A stretch of 64,000 nucleotides of DNA from a virus (taxonomy: Duplodnaviria > Heunggongvirae > Uroviricota > Caudoviricetes): IMG/VR virus record IMGVR_UViG_3300032007_000008; one strand, written 5' to 3'. Made by a program: the position numbers and the translations under genes. Below, in pieces: positions 1-9,340 of this stretch. Numbering within the stretch: the stretch's first letter is position 1; each line of letters opens with the position of its first letter. The notes under the pieces were generated by a model, which had not been told where the DNA came from, searched no databases, and saw nothing but the letters and a program-made list of their open reading frames with translations.

Positions 1-2
1 AC

Positions 3-674
3 TGTGGTAGATAAACCGTATTGACAACTATCATCACCTGTAAAATAAACTGAATCCTGTTTACCTGTACGCCAATGCATCTCTTCATTTTCTACACTGC
101 ATTCCCCCCAATAGTCGGAATGATGATTATACAAATTAAAATAGAGATTTGCCGTATCGCATATCACAACACCTATCGGGTCATTATAAGAATTATATCT
201 CGCGTAATAGGTCGTAGTTTCAGATGGTACTATCGAATTGATATTTATCTGTTCTCCACCTTCGCTCTGTGTCGTGTACCATCCTGCTAAGTTCGGTTTA
301 TCCACAGGACCATTAGCTTTAGGCAATACGCCAAAAGATACTCCGGGATAGTATTTATATGTATTCTCTTCAAGAGTTCCGCCGTTTGCGGTAGCATTCC
401 ACGTTATCTCTATCGGGTCAATCCAATGGGCATGCAATGCAATAGTTTCCAAGCCTGCGAGAGAGTCTTCAGTGACTTTGCTTCCGCCTGTTTTTTCAGT
501 ATACCATCCATTGAAATATTTATCGCCGAATGTTGGAACAGGCAATTCGCCAAGTTTTATTCCAACCGTAGCGTTCATCGAATGGATAGGCGTTACTCCC
601 CCATTCGCATCAAACGTCACGGTAAAATTAATCTCGTGTACGCTCTTTGAAACCAGCATTACACTATTTTGCAT
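3..674 (-). CDS. InlB B-repeat (Listeria-Bacteroides repeat) protein, 3' end runs off the window
   Basis: Not in the ORF track because it has no stop in the window. Manual translation from ATG 674 gives MQNSVML..VTFDANGG..LPVPTFGDKYFNGWYTEKTGGSKVT..LHAHW, then ITWNATANGG..LAGWYTTQSEGGEQI..TYYARY: two B-repeat units. Confidence 0.75.
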   Translation of the reverse strand, partial: MQNSVMLVSKSVHEINFTVTFDANGGVTPIHSMNATVGIKLGELPVPTFGDKYFNGWYTEKTGGSKVTEDSLAGLETIALHAHWIDPIEITWNATANGGTLEENTYKYYPGVSFGVLPKANGPVDKPNLAGWYTTQSEGGEQININSIVPSETTTYYARYNSYNDPIGVVICDTANLYFNLYNHHSDYWGECSVENEEMHWRTGKQDSVYFTGDDSCQYGLSTT

Positions 675-685
675 GTAGATTCTCC

Positions 686-3600
686 TTAGTTGCTTGCAGA
701 AGCCATTTCCGTGAAGGAGAAGAGATTTGAACCAGCCTCAACCGTAGCCCATTCTTCATCTGTTGATTCGTAGTCAACAACCTCGTTGTTATATCCATAG
801 AACGCCACCTGTGGAGGCTCGGAAACAGTTACCGCAAGTCTTACTATAAAATCTCTCGCACGGCCATCCTTGGCTTTTGGAGGAAGATATATGAATACAG
901 GCTTGTCGTTTCTGTCTATCTCCACCGTCGTTATGGCATAATCATCGACTGAAGCTACATAGCAATCTATGTCTGTTCCGCCAATGGTGACAATAGAAGA
1001 CTGCAACTCCCGTGATACTAGATTATATCTGGTTCCTACATTGTATCCTATCTGAGCCTTTTCAGAATCGGACAACTGCTGCTCAGAAACCGTCACAACA
1101 TCAGTGCGAAGCTTATCCTTGAGGGATTGACCGTACAATACGGCGCATTCAACATCAAACGGTATGTTGCTTCCAAGAAACTCTTCAATACCATAGTCGC
1201 ATACGGTAAACAGGTCGGCATATTCTTCGCCGAGGCGGTATTTCCTTGGCGACTGCAACGCGAAAAGTATTCTTTCGGAATCATATGAATATGGAACGCC
1301 CATGGAAACCACATCACTAATATTCTGTGGCGTGTATTCAATACTGCTTATGTTCTGCGTATATGTGAGATTTCCAAAGTTAAGTTCATCCTTGACGTTT
1401 CCGATTGAAGGAATGCCGTATACTCCGGTTGGAAGAGTTACCTCTACAGGTTCGTCTCCGCTGTTGTCAATTGCGACAAGCGGTACGGGTATGGTATACT
1501 CTTCGTAATCCTCGTAATCGTTGAGACCTTCAGAATCGCGCCAGTTGACTGTTCCGCTCCACCTTGGGTGTACGCAAAGTCCATCAATGCTTGTCGTCGA
1601 GATTGCGAGATATCCGTCTTCATCGAACTGATAGTCCTTTATGAGCTTATTTCCGGCTCCTCCCTCGACTGCATCTTCTGACAATGCCGTATTTTCCTCA
1701 AGTACGGTCATTCCTGCCGTGCTTGCAGTAGGAATCTCGGAAGTCCAGCAAACCCTATCAAGCGAAACAGTTCCGTTGTAAATCTGGTATCCATTCGCAA
1801 GACCTCCCACAACGTGAACCCATGCGACATAACTTCCTTCTGACTCAACAACGTTTCCGCTTGCGTCTATCGCATATCCTTCGATATACTGAGCATTTGG
1901 GAACTGCTCGGAACCCTTGTTGAACTGATTGAATCCTATGGCCCTGAATGCGGTTGGCTGTATTATGCTGAGAGTCTCGTCGTATTTCTCGGTATATTTT
2001 ATTAGAACAGTATCATTGTCTATGGGAGTTCCATTCACGGTTATTCCATAGTCAAGAGGAACTACCGGATTGTTGTCGTCAAACAGCCAGCTGTTGTTGT
2101 ACAGCTTATACAGATTCCATTCGCCAGCCTCATAGATGAACTTGTACTGTCCGCTGTCAGAAATCAGAGACTTGAATACATCACCGTCGAACAGAACGCT
2201 AAAATGCTGACGCTCAGATGCAGTTACGGAAACGTTACGCAATGTTGTTTCGTCAGCTTGCGTTATCGTATATACGGCCTTCAGAGAATCTCCGTCCATC
2301 GCATAATTCTGCGTAGTTATGCCAATGGTCGAAAGGTCAATATCGGATTGAACCGGCTTATCGCCACTTCTATCGGTGTATGTCCACCTTGTGCCAACAT
2401 AATTGAACACATATTCGCCAGCCTCAGAGCCAAACCTTCCGGCAACCCAGGCATTCAAGTCAACCTCGGGATTCAATCTCGACTCTTCCGAAAAGGCAAA
2501 CGTAAGCGATTCCGGAATGTGCTGAGGAATGTTCGCGACACCGCGTACATAGGAAAGATGCGCATCTCCATTTGTTATGGAAGCATCGCCTCCAGCCGTC
2601 CTGAATATAAAGCTTGAACGTACCTCCTGGTTATCGGAGGAAATGAGGTTGTTTGCATAAGGAACCTCATTCAGCGAAAGCTCTCCATTGGACTCAGGCT
2701 TTTGTCCGTTTATGGACTTCACTACTTCAGAATCAGAAGCCGCGCCTATGTTCTTTCTCGCCTGCGCCTTCTGCGAATCGCTTTTTTCAAGAGCGGCCTG
2801 GTTCGAATAGGTCACGACATCCGTGCGAAGCTTGTCGCGAAGGTTGTCTCCATACACGATTCCAGTCTTGAGAGGGGCATAAATCTCGCCTTCGAACATC
2901 TCGGTACCATAGTCGCATACCTCGTAGGAACTTGAAATGTCAACGTTGTATGTTACATAGTCGCGAAGAACATAAAGAATCTTGGCTTCATCGTAGATGA
3001 CCGTATCGGACTGAGACTGCGCGTATTCGAGGTTCGCATCGCTGAACGGCAGATACCCAATCTTCTTGATATACTGCTTCGTGAGTAGATTCAGCATATC
3101 GCAGATGTCCCCTATTCCTGGCATACCGTAGGAAGCGGTAGGAAGCTCGTCTCCATCCACGCTTTCAGTAGGGATTTCGATTATGGAATCAGTATAGGGT
3201 TCGTAATCCCTAAACCCTTCAGCGTCTCCCCAATTGTTCTTTCCGCTCCAGCGTGGGTGAACGCACAGTGTTTCGACATCGCTCGTGACTATTACGAGAT
3301 AGCCGTTCTCTTCTGCGACATACACGTCGTTCTTGGCTTCGGAAAGAATGTCGTCCTTGGCAAGTTCTGTTATCGTGGATGCGAGCGTAGGAATCTCAGA
3401 GCACCATCCCACCTTCACCACTCTTCCGTCAGGATTGTAAATCTGCCATCCGCGACTGTCGCTCACAGGCATGCGAACGTGGCAGAGCTTGTAGTCTGCA
3501 TGGTCGGAGTCGAAGTAAATCTTTCCATCGCTTCCAAAGTTGTTGTATCCTGCGATAATCATCGTCTCCGAATTGAACGCATTGAATCCTATGGATTTGA

Positions 3601-5167
3601 ACTGCGTTGGCTTGGAGATTGAAATTTCAGTCGTATCGGCATCTACGGAAATTGAGCCTTCAACACGAGCCAGAGTCGCCATTCCGTTATTGATTGACGC
3701 ATCTCCGCCAGACGTTCTCACGATGAACGCGCTTGTGTCCGAGGTGTTGTCGCTAGAATACAGGTTCTCCGCATATTCGACCTTCTTTATCTGAACGTCA
3801 CCGCTGCTGTCTGGCACGGTTCCGTTTACGCTCTTGACCGTTTCGTCGTCTGCGGCTGCTCCTATGTTCTTGCGAACCTGCTCCTTCTTGTGTTCGGTAA
3901 GGGACATCTCCGAAATCGTAACGACATCCGTGCGAAGCTTGTCGCGAAGGTTTGGCAGATATACTATAGATACCTTTACGTTGATTTCGGAACCCGAAAA
4001 CTCTTCCGTTCCGTAGTCGCAGACCGTGTACAGTCCGCTTGTCGATGCCGGAAGCTGATAGTCAACCGCATCCTCGTCCTTCAGAACGTAGAAAATCGTG
4101 GCAACGCGGTCTGTCTCATAGCGTGTTCCGTACTGGTTAACGAAAGACATGTTCGCTGGCGTGTAGTCGAGACGGCCAATTCTCTTATGGAACACCTGAG
4201 CGTCGAAATCAAGCTCGTCGCGAACATCGCCGACAGCCGCCATACCGTATGTTCCCGTAGGAATGGCCGTTCCGCCTATGTCAACCGAAGGTATTATCAC
4301 CGTTGACGCGGAGTATTCGGTATAGTCCTCAAGCTCTTCGTCTCTCCAGTTCGAAGGGCCTGACCAGTGCGGGTGGACGCAGAGCATGTTGAGGTCTGTC
4401 GTCACTATGGCGAAATATCCATCCTCGAAAAGTCCTCCGTTCGCAAGCTCTATGAACTGATAGTTTGAGCATCCTTCGACAGTTGAATCCTCCGTAGCTG
4501 CAAGGTTCACCATCTGAACGGAAGTTCCAAGGGATGGTGCATTTGCACACCAACCAACATACTTTACAGCTCCGGCCTTCGCATGGACGGTATAGCCTTT
4601 CGACAGGTCGCCTGCGACCTTGACGAAAGCGACCTTGTACATTGCGCGTACATCCGTCACTATCATTCCGTCCTCGATTGTCGCGAATCCACCTATGACA
4701 TCCGTAGGATTGAACTGGTTGAATCCCTTTGCTATGAACGACACCGGCTTTGCGGCAACCAGCATGTCCGCGACATAGCCGATGTTTCCGTAGAGCTTCT
4801 TCAAGAACGCATTTCCGTTCGTAATGGAAGCATCTCCGCCTGCCGCCCTGAATATGAAACCGTCTGAAGGCTCGTCAATCGTCATATCGGACGAATAGAT
4901 GTTGTCCGCAAACGGCACCTTTTCAAGAAACACGTTTCCGTTTTCGTCCGGCTTAACGTCATTTACGCTCGTCACGCTGTTCTTCAGGTTTGTGACGGTA
5001 CGCTTGTCCTCGTCGGTATAGTCGTTTGTCGAAAGACCCTTGCCTTCAATCTTGTCAACCTTTCCAGCCTCGACCTGAGTTGCGCGTTCGTATTCCGACT
5101 GTATCGCTCGCGTATTCTCCTGTATTGCTCTCGTGTTCTGAGATTCGAGTTCTGATGCTGCGCTCAT
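686..5167 (-). CDS. 1493-aa virion/tail-associated protein made of three ~400-500-aa internal repeats
   Basis: N-terminal KVDKIEGKGLSTNDYT phage motif. Three copies of VxSVNxxxPD..GGDASIxNG..HPxWSG..LRDKLRTDVVT. Late promoter upstream. Confidence 0.65.
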   Translation of the reverse strand: MSAASELESQNTRAIQENTRAIQSEYERATQVEAGKVDKIEGKGLSTNDYTDEDKRTVTNLKNSVTSVNDVKPDENGNVFLEKVPFADNIYSSDMTIDEPSDGFIFRAAGGDASITNGNAFLKKLYGNIGYVADMLVAAKPVSFIAKGFNQFNPTDVIGGFATIEDGMIVTDVRAMYKVAFVKVAGDLSKGYTVHAKAGAVKYVGWCANAPSLGTSVQMVNLAATEDSTVEGCSNYQFIELANGGLFEDGYFAIVTTDLNMLCVHPHWSGPSNWRDEELEDYTEYSASTVIIPSVDIGGTAIPTGTYGMAAVGDVRDELDFDAQVFHKRIGRLDYTPANMSFVNQYGTRYETDRVATIFYVLKDEDAVDYQLPASTSGLYTVCDYGTEEFSGSEINVKVSIVYLPNLRDKLRTDVVTISEMSLTEHKKEQVRKNIGAAADDETVKSVNGTVPDSSGDVQIKKVEYAENLYSSDNTSDTSAFIVRTSGGDASINNGMATLARVEGSISVDADTTEISISKPTQFKSIGFNAFNSETMIIAGYNNFGSDGKIYFDSDHADYKLCHVRMPVSDSRGWQIYNPDGRVVKVGWCSEIPTLASTITELAKDDILSEAKNDVYVAEENGYLVIVTSDVETLCVHPRWSGKNNWGDAEGFRDYEPYTDSIIEIPTESVDGDELPTASYGMPGIGDICDMLNLLTKQYIKKIGYLPFSDANLEYAQSQSDTVIYDEAKILYVLRDYVTYNVDISSSYEVCDYGTEMFEGEIYAPLKTGIVYGDNLRDKLRTDVVTYSNQAALEKSDSQKAQARKNIGAASDSEVVKSINGQKPESNGELSLNEVPYANNLISSDNQEVRSSFIFRTAGGDASITNGDAHLSYVRGVANIPQHIPESLTFAFSEESRLNPEVDLNAWVAGRFGSEAGEYVFNYVGTRWTYTDRSGDKPVQSDIDLSTIGITTQNYAMDGDSLKAVYTITQADETTLRNVSVTASERQHFSVLFDGDVFKSLISDSGQYKFIYEAGEWNLYKLYNNSWLFDDNNPVVPLDYGITVNGTPIDNDTVLIKYTEKYDETLSIIQPTAFRAIGFNQFNKGSEQFPNAQYIEGYAIDASGNVVESEGSYVAWVHVVGGLANGYQIYNGTVSLDRVCWTSEIPTASTAGMTVLEENTALSEDAVEGGAGNKLIKDYQFDEDGYLAISTTSIDGLCVHPRWSGTVNWRDSEGLNDYEDYEEYTIPVPLVAIDNSGDEPVEVTLPTGVYGIPSIGNVKDELNFGNLTYTQNISSIEYTPQNISDVVSMGVPYSYDSERILFALQSPRKYRLGEEYADLFTVCDYGIEEFLGSNIPFDVECAVLYGQSLKDKLRTDVVTVSEQQLSDSEKAQIGYNVGTRYNLVSRELQSSIVTIGGTDIDCYVASVDDYAITTVEIDRNDKPVFIYLPPKAKDGRARDFIVRLAVTVSEPPQVAFYGYNNEVVDYESTDEEWATVEAGSNLFSFTEMASASN

Positions 5168-5268
5168 GTGTAGATAAATCCTTGTTATGGTACTATTTAG
5201 TTCGAATAAAACTTTAAGTATATGCCACTCTTTTTGGAGTTGCCGTCATTTTGAAGGTACAAGCCGTA

Positions 5269-6249
5269 CTATGACGCCATTGTCCGTCTTGTTACGAGAA
5301 ACTTGTCTTTTACGTATTCCTCTATTGAAAATACGCAAAAAACGCCTGCCGACAAAGACATGTTGGATGAATCGCCGTTCGCAGCACGGAATTGACTTCC
5401 AAATGCAAACGACGGCAGATTTCCTGCGGACGATATTCCTGTGCAGTCTACGACCAGGCTGGCTTCCCTCATTGGCGGAGGGTTTCCGAACGACGGCGAA
5501 GCTGACGACATTGTAACTTCTGTGACAGCAGTTCCTGCTATCGCCGTATATGAATTGCACGAATACGGTGAAATCTGCAACGTTCCAGACGAGAATTCTC
5601 CATTTTTATAGTTATGCGGATATGAAAGTCCGCTTATCCACGAATAAAAATGAACGGTCATCACAGGCACCCATGTGTTGGAGGTGCCGAAATAACAGTC
5701 CTCGTTGCTCGAAGATGCGACATAAAGCTTTATTCCGAACGTAGAAATGGCAGCACCATCTTCGGTTTCGGAAAAGTCTATGTAGTAATAGTTTCCATTG
5801 TTCACAAGAACCAAAGGCTCTTCAAAGGTAAATGTAACGTCAGTGTTTATTGTATTTGGATACGTCACCGGTTTCGATATTCCTACAACCACGTTGTCCG
5901 AATATCTCTTCATTCTTGCATATACAGTGTCAAATGGAGTTAAGCTAGATTCCTTTGTCCTAAGTACAAAATCCTTAAGAAGGTCTCCGTTCTCCATTCC
6001 GAAAAATCTGGGTCTAAAATACAGACGCTCGCCATTGGACTGGTTATCCGTCCATCCGGTTTTCTTCTGTATTGTAGACGAACGTGCGACAAGAGACGAC
6101 TCTATGTCAATCTTCTCTTCAACTTCGGAAATCTTCTCTTCAACTTCGGCATTGGTTGCGAAATTTGTATTTTCCGTAACTTGTAGCGAAACGGTTTTAC
6201 CGTCTCGCTTAAGTTCAAAAGGCTCATTTTGTGCAAGTGTTATTGTCAT
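5269..6249 (-). CDS. Hypothetical tail-associated protein (326 aa)
   Basis: Clean ORF in the operon with GGA upstream; beta-rich; C-terminal module resembles that of the 1493-aa neighbour. Confidence 0.6.
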   Translation of the reverse strand: MTITLAQNEPFELKRDGKTVSLQVTENTNFATNAEVEEKISEVEEKIDIESSLVARSSTIQKKTGWTDNQSNGERLYFRPRFFGMENGDLLKDFVLRTKESSLTPFDTVYARMKRYSDNVVVGISKPVTYPNTINTDVTFTFEEPLVLVNNGNYYYIDFSETEDGAAISTFGIKLYVASSSNEDCYFGTSNTWVPVMTVHFYSWISGLSYPHNYKNGEFSSGTLQISPYSCNSYTAIAGTAVTEVTMSSASPSFGNPPPMREASLVVDCTGISSAGNLPSFAFGSQFRAANGDSSNMSLSAGVFCVFSIEEYVKDKFLVTRRTMAS

Positions 6250-6275
6250 ATCATATTCCTAGTTTTGTTTCTTAG

Positions 6276-8699
6276 TTATATGCAGATTTCTTTCGAATTT
6301 GCAGGCTTGAACACGGTATTGATTGTCTGGCCTCCGTCGGTATCATCGTAAATCTGCTTTACAGCATCAGAATTGTTAACACCGGCCTTAACCGTCACAT
6401 TTCTATATGGCGATGGCTCTGTTATATTGCCAGTAAGGTGAAACTCTATGTTTTTATTTCCGCTTTCTATAATCACATATGAAACAAAATCTTGATTATT
6501 ACCGGCATCATTTAAAAAAACAATTGAACTGCAATCTTGGCCAAATGTATTGGATAGATATTTCAATCCAAACGTATTGTTAAAGCAGCCGTTTTCGAAC
6601 GTGTTGCTAACGCATCTGTTTCCTAACGTGTTGATGTAGCAGCCGTTTCCGAACGTGTTGTTGTAGCAGATGCTTCCGAACCTGTTGCTAACGCATCTGT
6701 TTCCTAACGTGTTGCTGTAGCAGCCGTTTCCTAACGTGTTGCTGTAGCAGCCGTTTCTGAACGTGTTGTTGTAGCAGAAGCTTCCTAACGTGTTGCTGTA
6801 GCAGCCGTTTCCTAACGTGTTGCTGTAGCAGCCGTCTCCTAACGTGTTGTTGTTGCAGTTGCTTCCGAACGTGTTGCTGTTGCAGTTGCTTCCGAACGTA
6901 TTGTTTTCACAGCCGTTTTCGAACGTGTTGTTATTACATTTCGCTCCTTTAAATACAATACAATTCAATTTCTGCTTATACGTCTGCGTGAAATAAAAAT
7001 TAATATGATTTCCAAATATAGAATTATTAAAACCATTAAGAGACAAATCGATGTTTTCTATTTCCGAGCCGCTATCGAAAGTATAGCGATATATTCCGCT
7101 TCCTTCACCAAACGCAAGAAATTGCAAACCTTTGAAATCATATGGACAATCGTTTCCAAACTCGTCAATAAGTCTATAGACTATTCCTTTGCAGCTGGAC
7201 TTCGCCCAATCGAAACGGTTTCTGTCGTTATCCATGCAATACCACACCTTCCAAGCGGAAAGCTTGCACCCTTCGAAGTATTTCCTTCGAACGTCGCCGT
7301 CCACAATATCATCCGGAAGGTTTCCGTCATGTATTGCTGCCCTTGCAACTTCGTTCAGCGCATTTGGCGAATCCGCAACCACTATTATGTCGAAACTGTG
7401 TTCCGCGCTGCGGCTTTTGCTATTTCCGTTCGTGACGGCAACATAATCCGTTATCCTGTATGACGCGCCAGGCACGAGCTTTCCGGCATCGCGTCTCTCC
7501 TTCAATTCGGAATACGTCAACGACTCCATCACCTTTTGATAATCGTCAAATGTCTCTCCGCTGTCTGTCAGCATACCGTTTTTGTCAAACTTCGGTATGT
7601 TTCCTTCAACAGCCGATTCGACCTTATTAATCTTCGAGGCACCCATAGTCTCGAATGCCGAAAAGATACCGCTAGACTTTACTGGATTTACGCTTCCCTG
7701 TGTCGGAACGCTGTCGAATGTCAGAGTTCCCTGCTTATTCTTGAGAAGCTCGTCAACATCATCTTTCGTATAGCACTTTCTGACAGCCTTTGTAATCGCA
7801 GCGTTCGCCACTGGATTTGTACTGTTTTCGCTCAACGTTAAATCGACAGTGACACGGCCATCTCCATCCTTGTATGTTCTTTTTGCCGGATTTCCACTGT
7901 CTATGAGGTCGGCAAGGTTTGCGGCGTTTTCCGTAGCGTTCACCGCTATCTTGACATCTTGCCTATAATCGTCGTTGATTTGGTATATCCAACACCAATT
8001 CTCCACGTCATATTCGCCACGTACTGCATACGTCAGATACCATTTTCCGTAATGTCTGTCGTAGAGAGGAAGCCATTCGATGCCTGACCGTCCTATTGAC
8101 TTAACATCATCCAGAGTAAGGGTATGCCCCTTTGGAAGAGAAATTCCCTCGGATTCAAGAGTTATGTCGTTATACAGAATCTGACCGACGTACAGATGCT
8201 CTATTATGTCTCCTTCATTCGTATACTCGACATGAACTTGCGTCATGTACTTTTCGGATGTATAGTCAGAAGAATTGTTTACAACGATGAAGTTTCCGTT
8301 TGACGCGCTAGACAGCGATTCGGCGGAAGACTTAACATCGCTCCAATCCGCGAATTCCCCTATGAAGGAATTTCCTCCGTCTAGGTCGGTAAGTAGCCTA
8401 TGACCGCCTTCACCTCCTATTGTCACACTCAGGTCTGCATTTATCTGATTTAGCTTGCCTGAATAGTCTAATGATGAAATTGTCGGAAGCGAAACGTTGT
8501 TGTTTTCGTCAGGTCTTACTCCGTTTATGGACTTTACAGTTCCGAAGTTGCCTGAAACGCTGCTTACTACAGCCCATACGTATCCACGTGTAGCAAGGTT
8601 GTAGGTATTGTTGCAGTTTACGCTTACGTCTATGCTGCTCAGTCCGCAGTTGCTTTCCGAGCTTGCCAGTGTTGGAATGTTGTTATTTGCCGAAGCCAT
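6276..8699 (-). CDS. Tail fibre / receptor-binding-like protein with C-terminal 9-aa Asn/Cys repeats
   Basis: VKSINGVRPDENNNVSL and LTFDSVPTQGSVNPVKSSGI fibre motifs, about 14 NT(F/L)GxxCxx repeats, late promoter upstream. Confidence 0.65.
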   Translation of the reverse strand: MASANNNIPTLASSESNCGLSSIDVSVNCNNTYNLATRGYVWAVVSSVSGNFGTVKSINGVRPDENNNVSLPTISSLDYSGKLNQINADLSVTIGGEGGHRLLTDLDGGNSFIGEFADWSDVKSSAESLSSASNGNFIVVNNSSDYTSEKYMTQVHVEYTNEGDIIEHLYVGQILYNDITLESEGISLPKGHTLTLDDVKSIGRSGIEWLPLYDRHYGKWYLTYAVRGEYDVENWCWIYQINDDYRQDVKIAVNATENAANLADLIDSGNPAKRTYKDGDGRVTVDLTLSENSTNPVANAAITKAVRKCYTKDDVDELLKNKQGTLTFDSVPTQGSVNPVKSSGIFSAFETMGASKINKVESAVEGNIPKFDKNGMLTDSGETFDDYQKVMESLTYSELKERRDAGKLVPGASYRITDYVAVTNGNSKSRSAEHSFDIIVVADSPNALNEVARAAIHDGNLPDDIVDGDVRRKYFEGCKLSAWKVWYCMDNDRNRFDWAKSSCKGIVYRLIDEFGNDCPYDFKGLQFLAFGEGSGIYRYTFDSGSEIENIDLSLNGFNNSIFGNHINFYFTQTYKQKLNCIVFKGAKCNNNTFENGCENNTFGSNCNSNTFGSNCNNNTLGDGCYSNTLGNGCYSNTLGSFCYNNTFRNGCYSNTLGNGCYSNTLGNRCVSNRFGSICYNNTFGNGCYINTLGNRCVSNTFENGCFNNTFGLKYLSNTFGQDCSSIVFLNDAGNNQDFVSYVIIESGNKNIEFHLTGNITEPSPYRNVTVKAGVNNSDAVKQIYDDTDGGQTINTVFKPANSKEICI
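6550..6935 (-). repeat. In-frame 27-bp tandem repeat array (~14 units)
   Basis: Minus-strand unit aac acg tt(c/a) gga aac ggc tgc tac agc repeated head-to-tail with substitutions. Confidence 0.95.
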
Positions 8700-8736
8700 C
8701 TGAAACTAAGCCGTGATTTTTCTACTATTTAGTGTC

Positions 8737-8774
8737 AAAATAAAAAGAAAGATGGGCTGACGCATCAGCCCATC
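8737..8774 (-). terminator. Rho-independent terminator
   Basis: 10-bp stem GATGGGCTGA/TCAGCCCATC with a 4-nt loop, followed on the minus strand by TTTCTTTTTA. Confidence 0.8.
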
Positions 8775-8792
8775 CATTCCATTTGCTCAGTC

Positions 8793-9125
8793 TCAAGACT
8801 GCTTTTTCGTCTTTTCGAACAGTATATCGACAAGCAGTTTCACAGCAGCCTCCGGTATCTTGAGCTTCAGTTTGGCAAGCTCCTCAACAGCAAGGGACAC
8901 TATGATTCTCTTCTTCTCGTCTTCAGTCTTAAGAGAATACCTGACAGCTCCGTTCACACTGTCTATAACCGTGCGAATTACGTTCTGATACTTCGTATCG
9001 TTGATTAGAGAGCTGTTTTCGACCGCATCATCAACAAGCTTGAAATATGTGCTTGCCTCTTCACTTGCGAGAAACCCGAAAAGCTTGCCTACTGCGGTGC
9101 AGCACCAATTCCAAATCTTCTTCAT
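8793..9125 (-). CDS. Small helical protein, possibly LL-H-type holin-like
   Basis: Start reassigned to MKKIW (ATGA overlap with the upstream stop). EDEKKRIIVSLAVEELAKLKLKIPEAAVKLLVD loosely resembles the LL-H holin C-terminus. Function weakly supported. Confidence 0.4.
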   Translation of the reverse strand: MKKIWNWCCTAVGKLFGFLASEEASTYFKLVDDAVENSSLINDTKYQNVIRTVIDSVNGAVRYSLKTEDEKKRIIVSLAVEELAKLKLKIPEAAVKLLVDILFEKTKKQS

Positions 9126-9316
9126 ACCGCTCCAGCCCCTCCATCCGAAACAGACTGACCGTAGACGTTCTGCAAGCATTCGCACATGTGGTTTATGAAC
9201 TTCGATTCTATTGCCTTATGCAGAGAATGCTCTGCCATCTCGCGGTCTCCGGCCATGAACGAATCTATGGCGTCGGAAATATGGTCGTCAGAATTTTTTA
9301 TAGTCATGTTTTCCAT
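9122..9316 (-). CDS. Small protein resembling T4-like prohead core protein (gp67/68-like)
   Basis: ISDAIDSFMAGDREMAEHSLHKAIESKF fits the I-x-AI-xx-GD-xxx-A-xxx-F/L-xxA-I-xxK pattern I recall for small core proteins. Confidence 0.4.
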   Translation of the reverse strand: MENMTIKNSDDHISDAIDSFMAGDREMAEHSLHKAIESKFINHMCECLQNVYGQSVSDGGAGAV

Positions 9317-9340
9317 TGTCGTATCTCTTTCTGTTAAGCG

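Noticed and set aside
6550-6935. CRISPR array
   Set aside because: The repeats are contiguous and in-frame with no unique spacers, and no cas genes are present.
1-8699. Specific host assignment (PVC-group gut anaerobe) from the domain repertoire
   Set aside because: This is only an impression from recalled domain combinations and cannot be supported without searches; nrdDG supports only an anaerobic niche.
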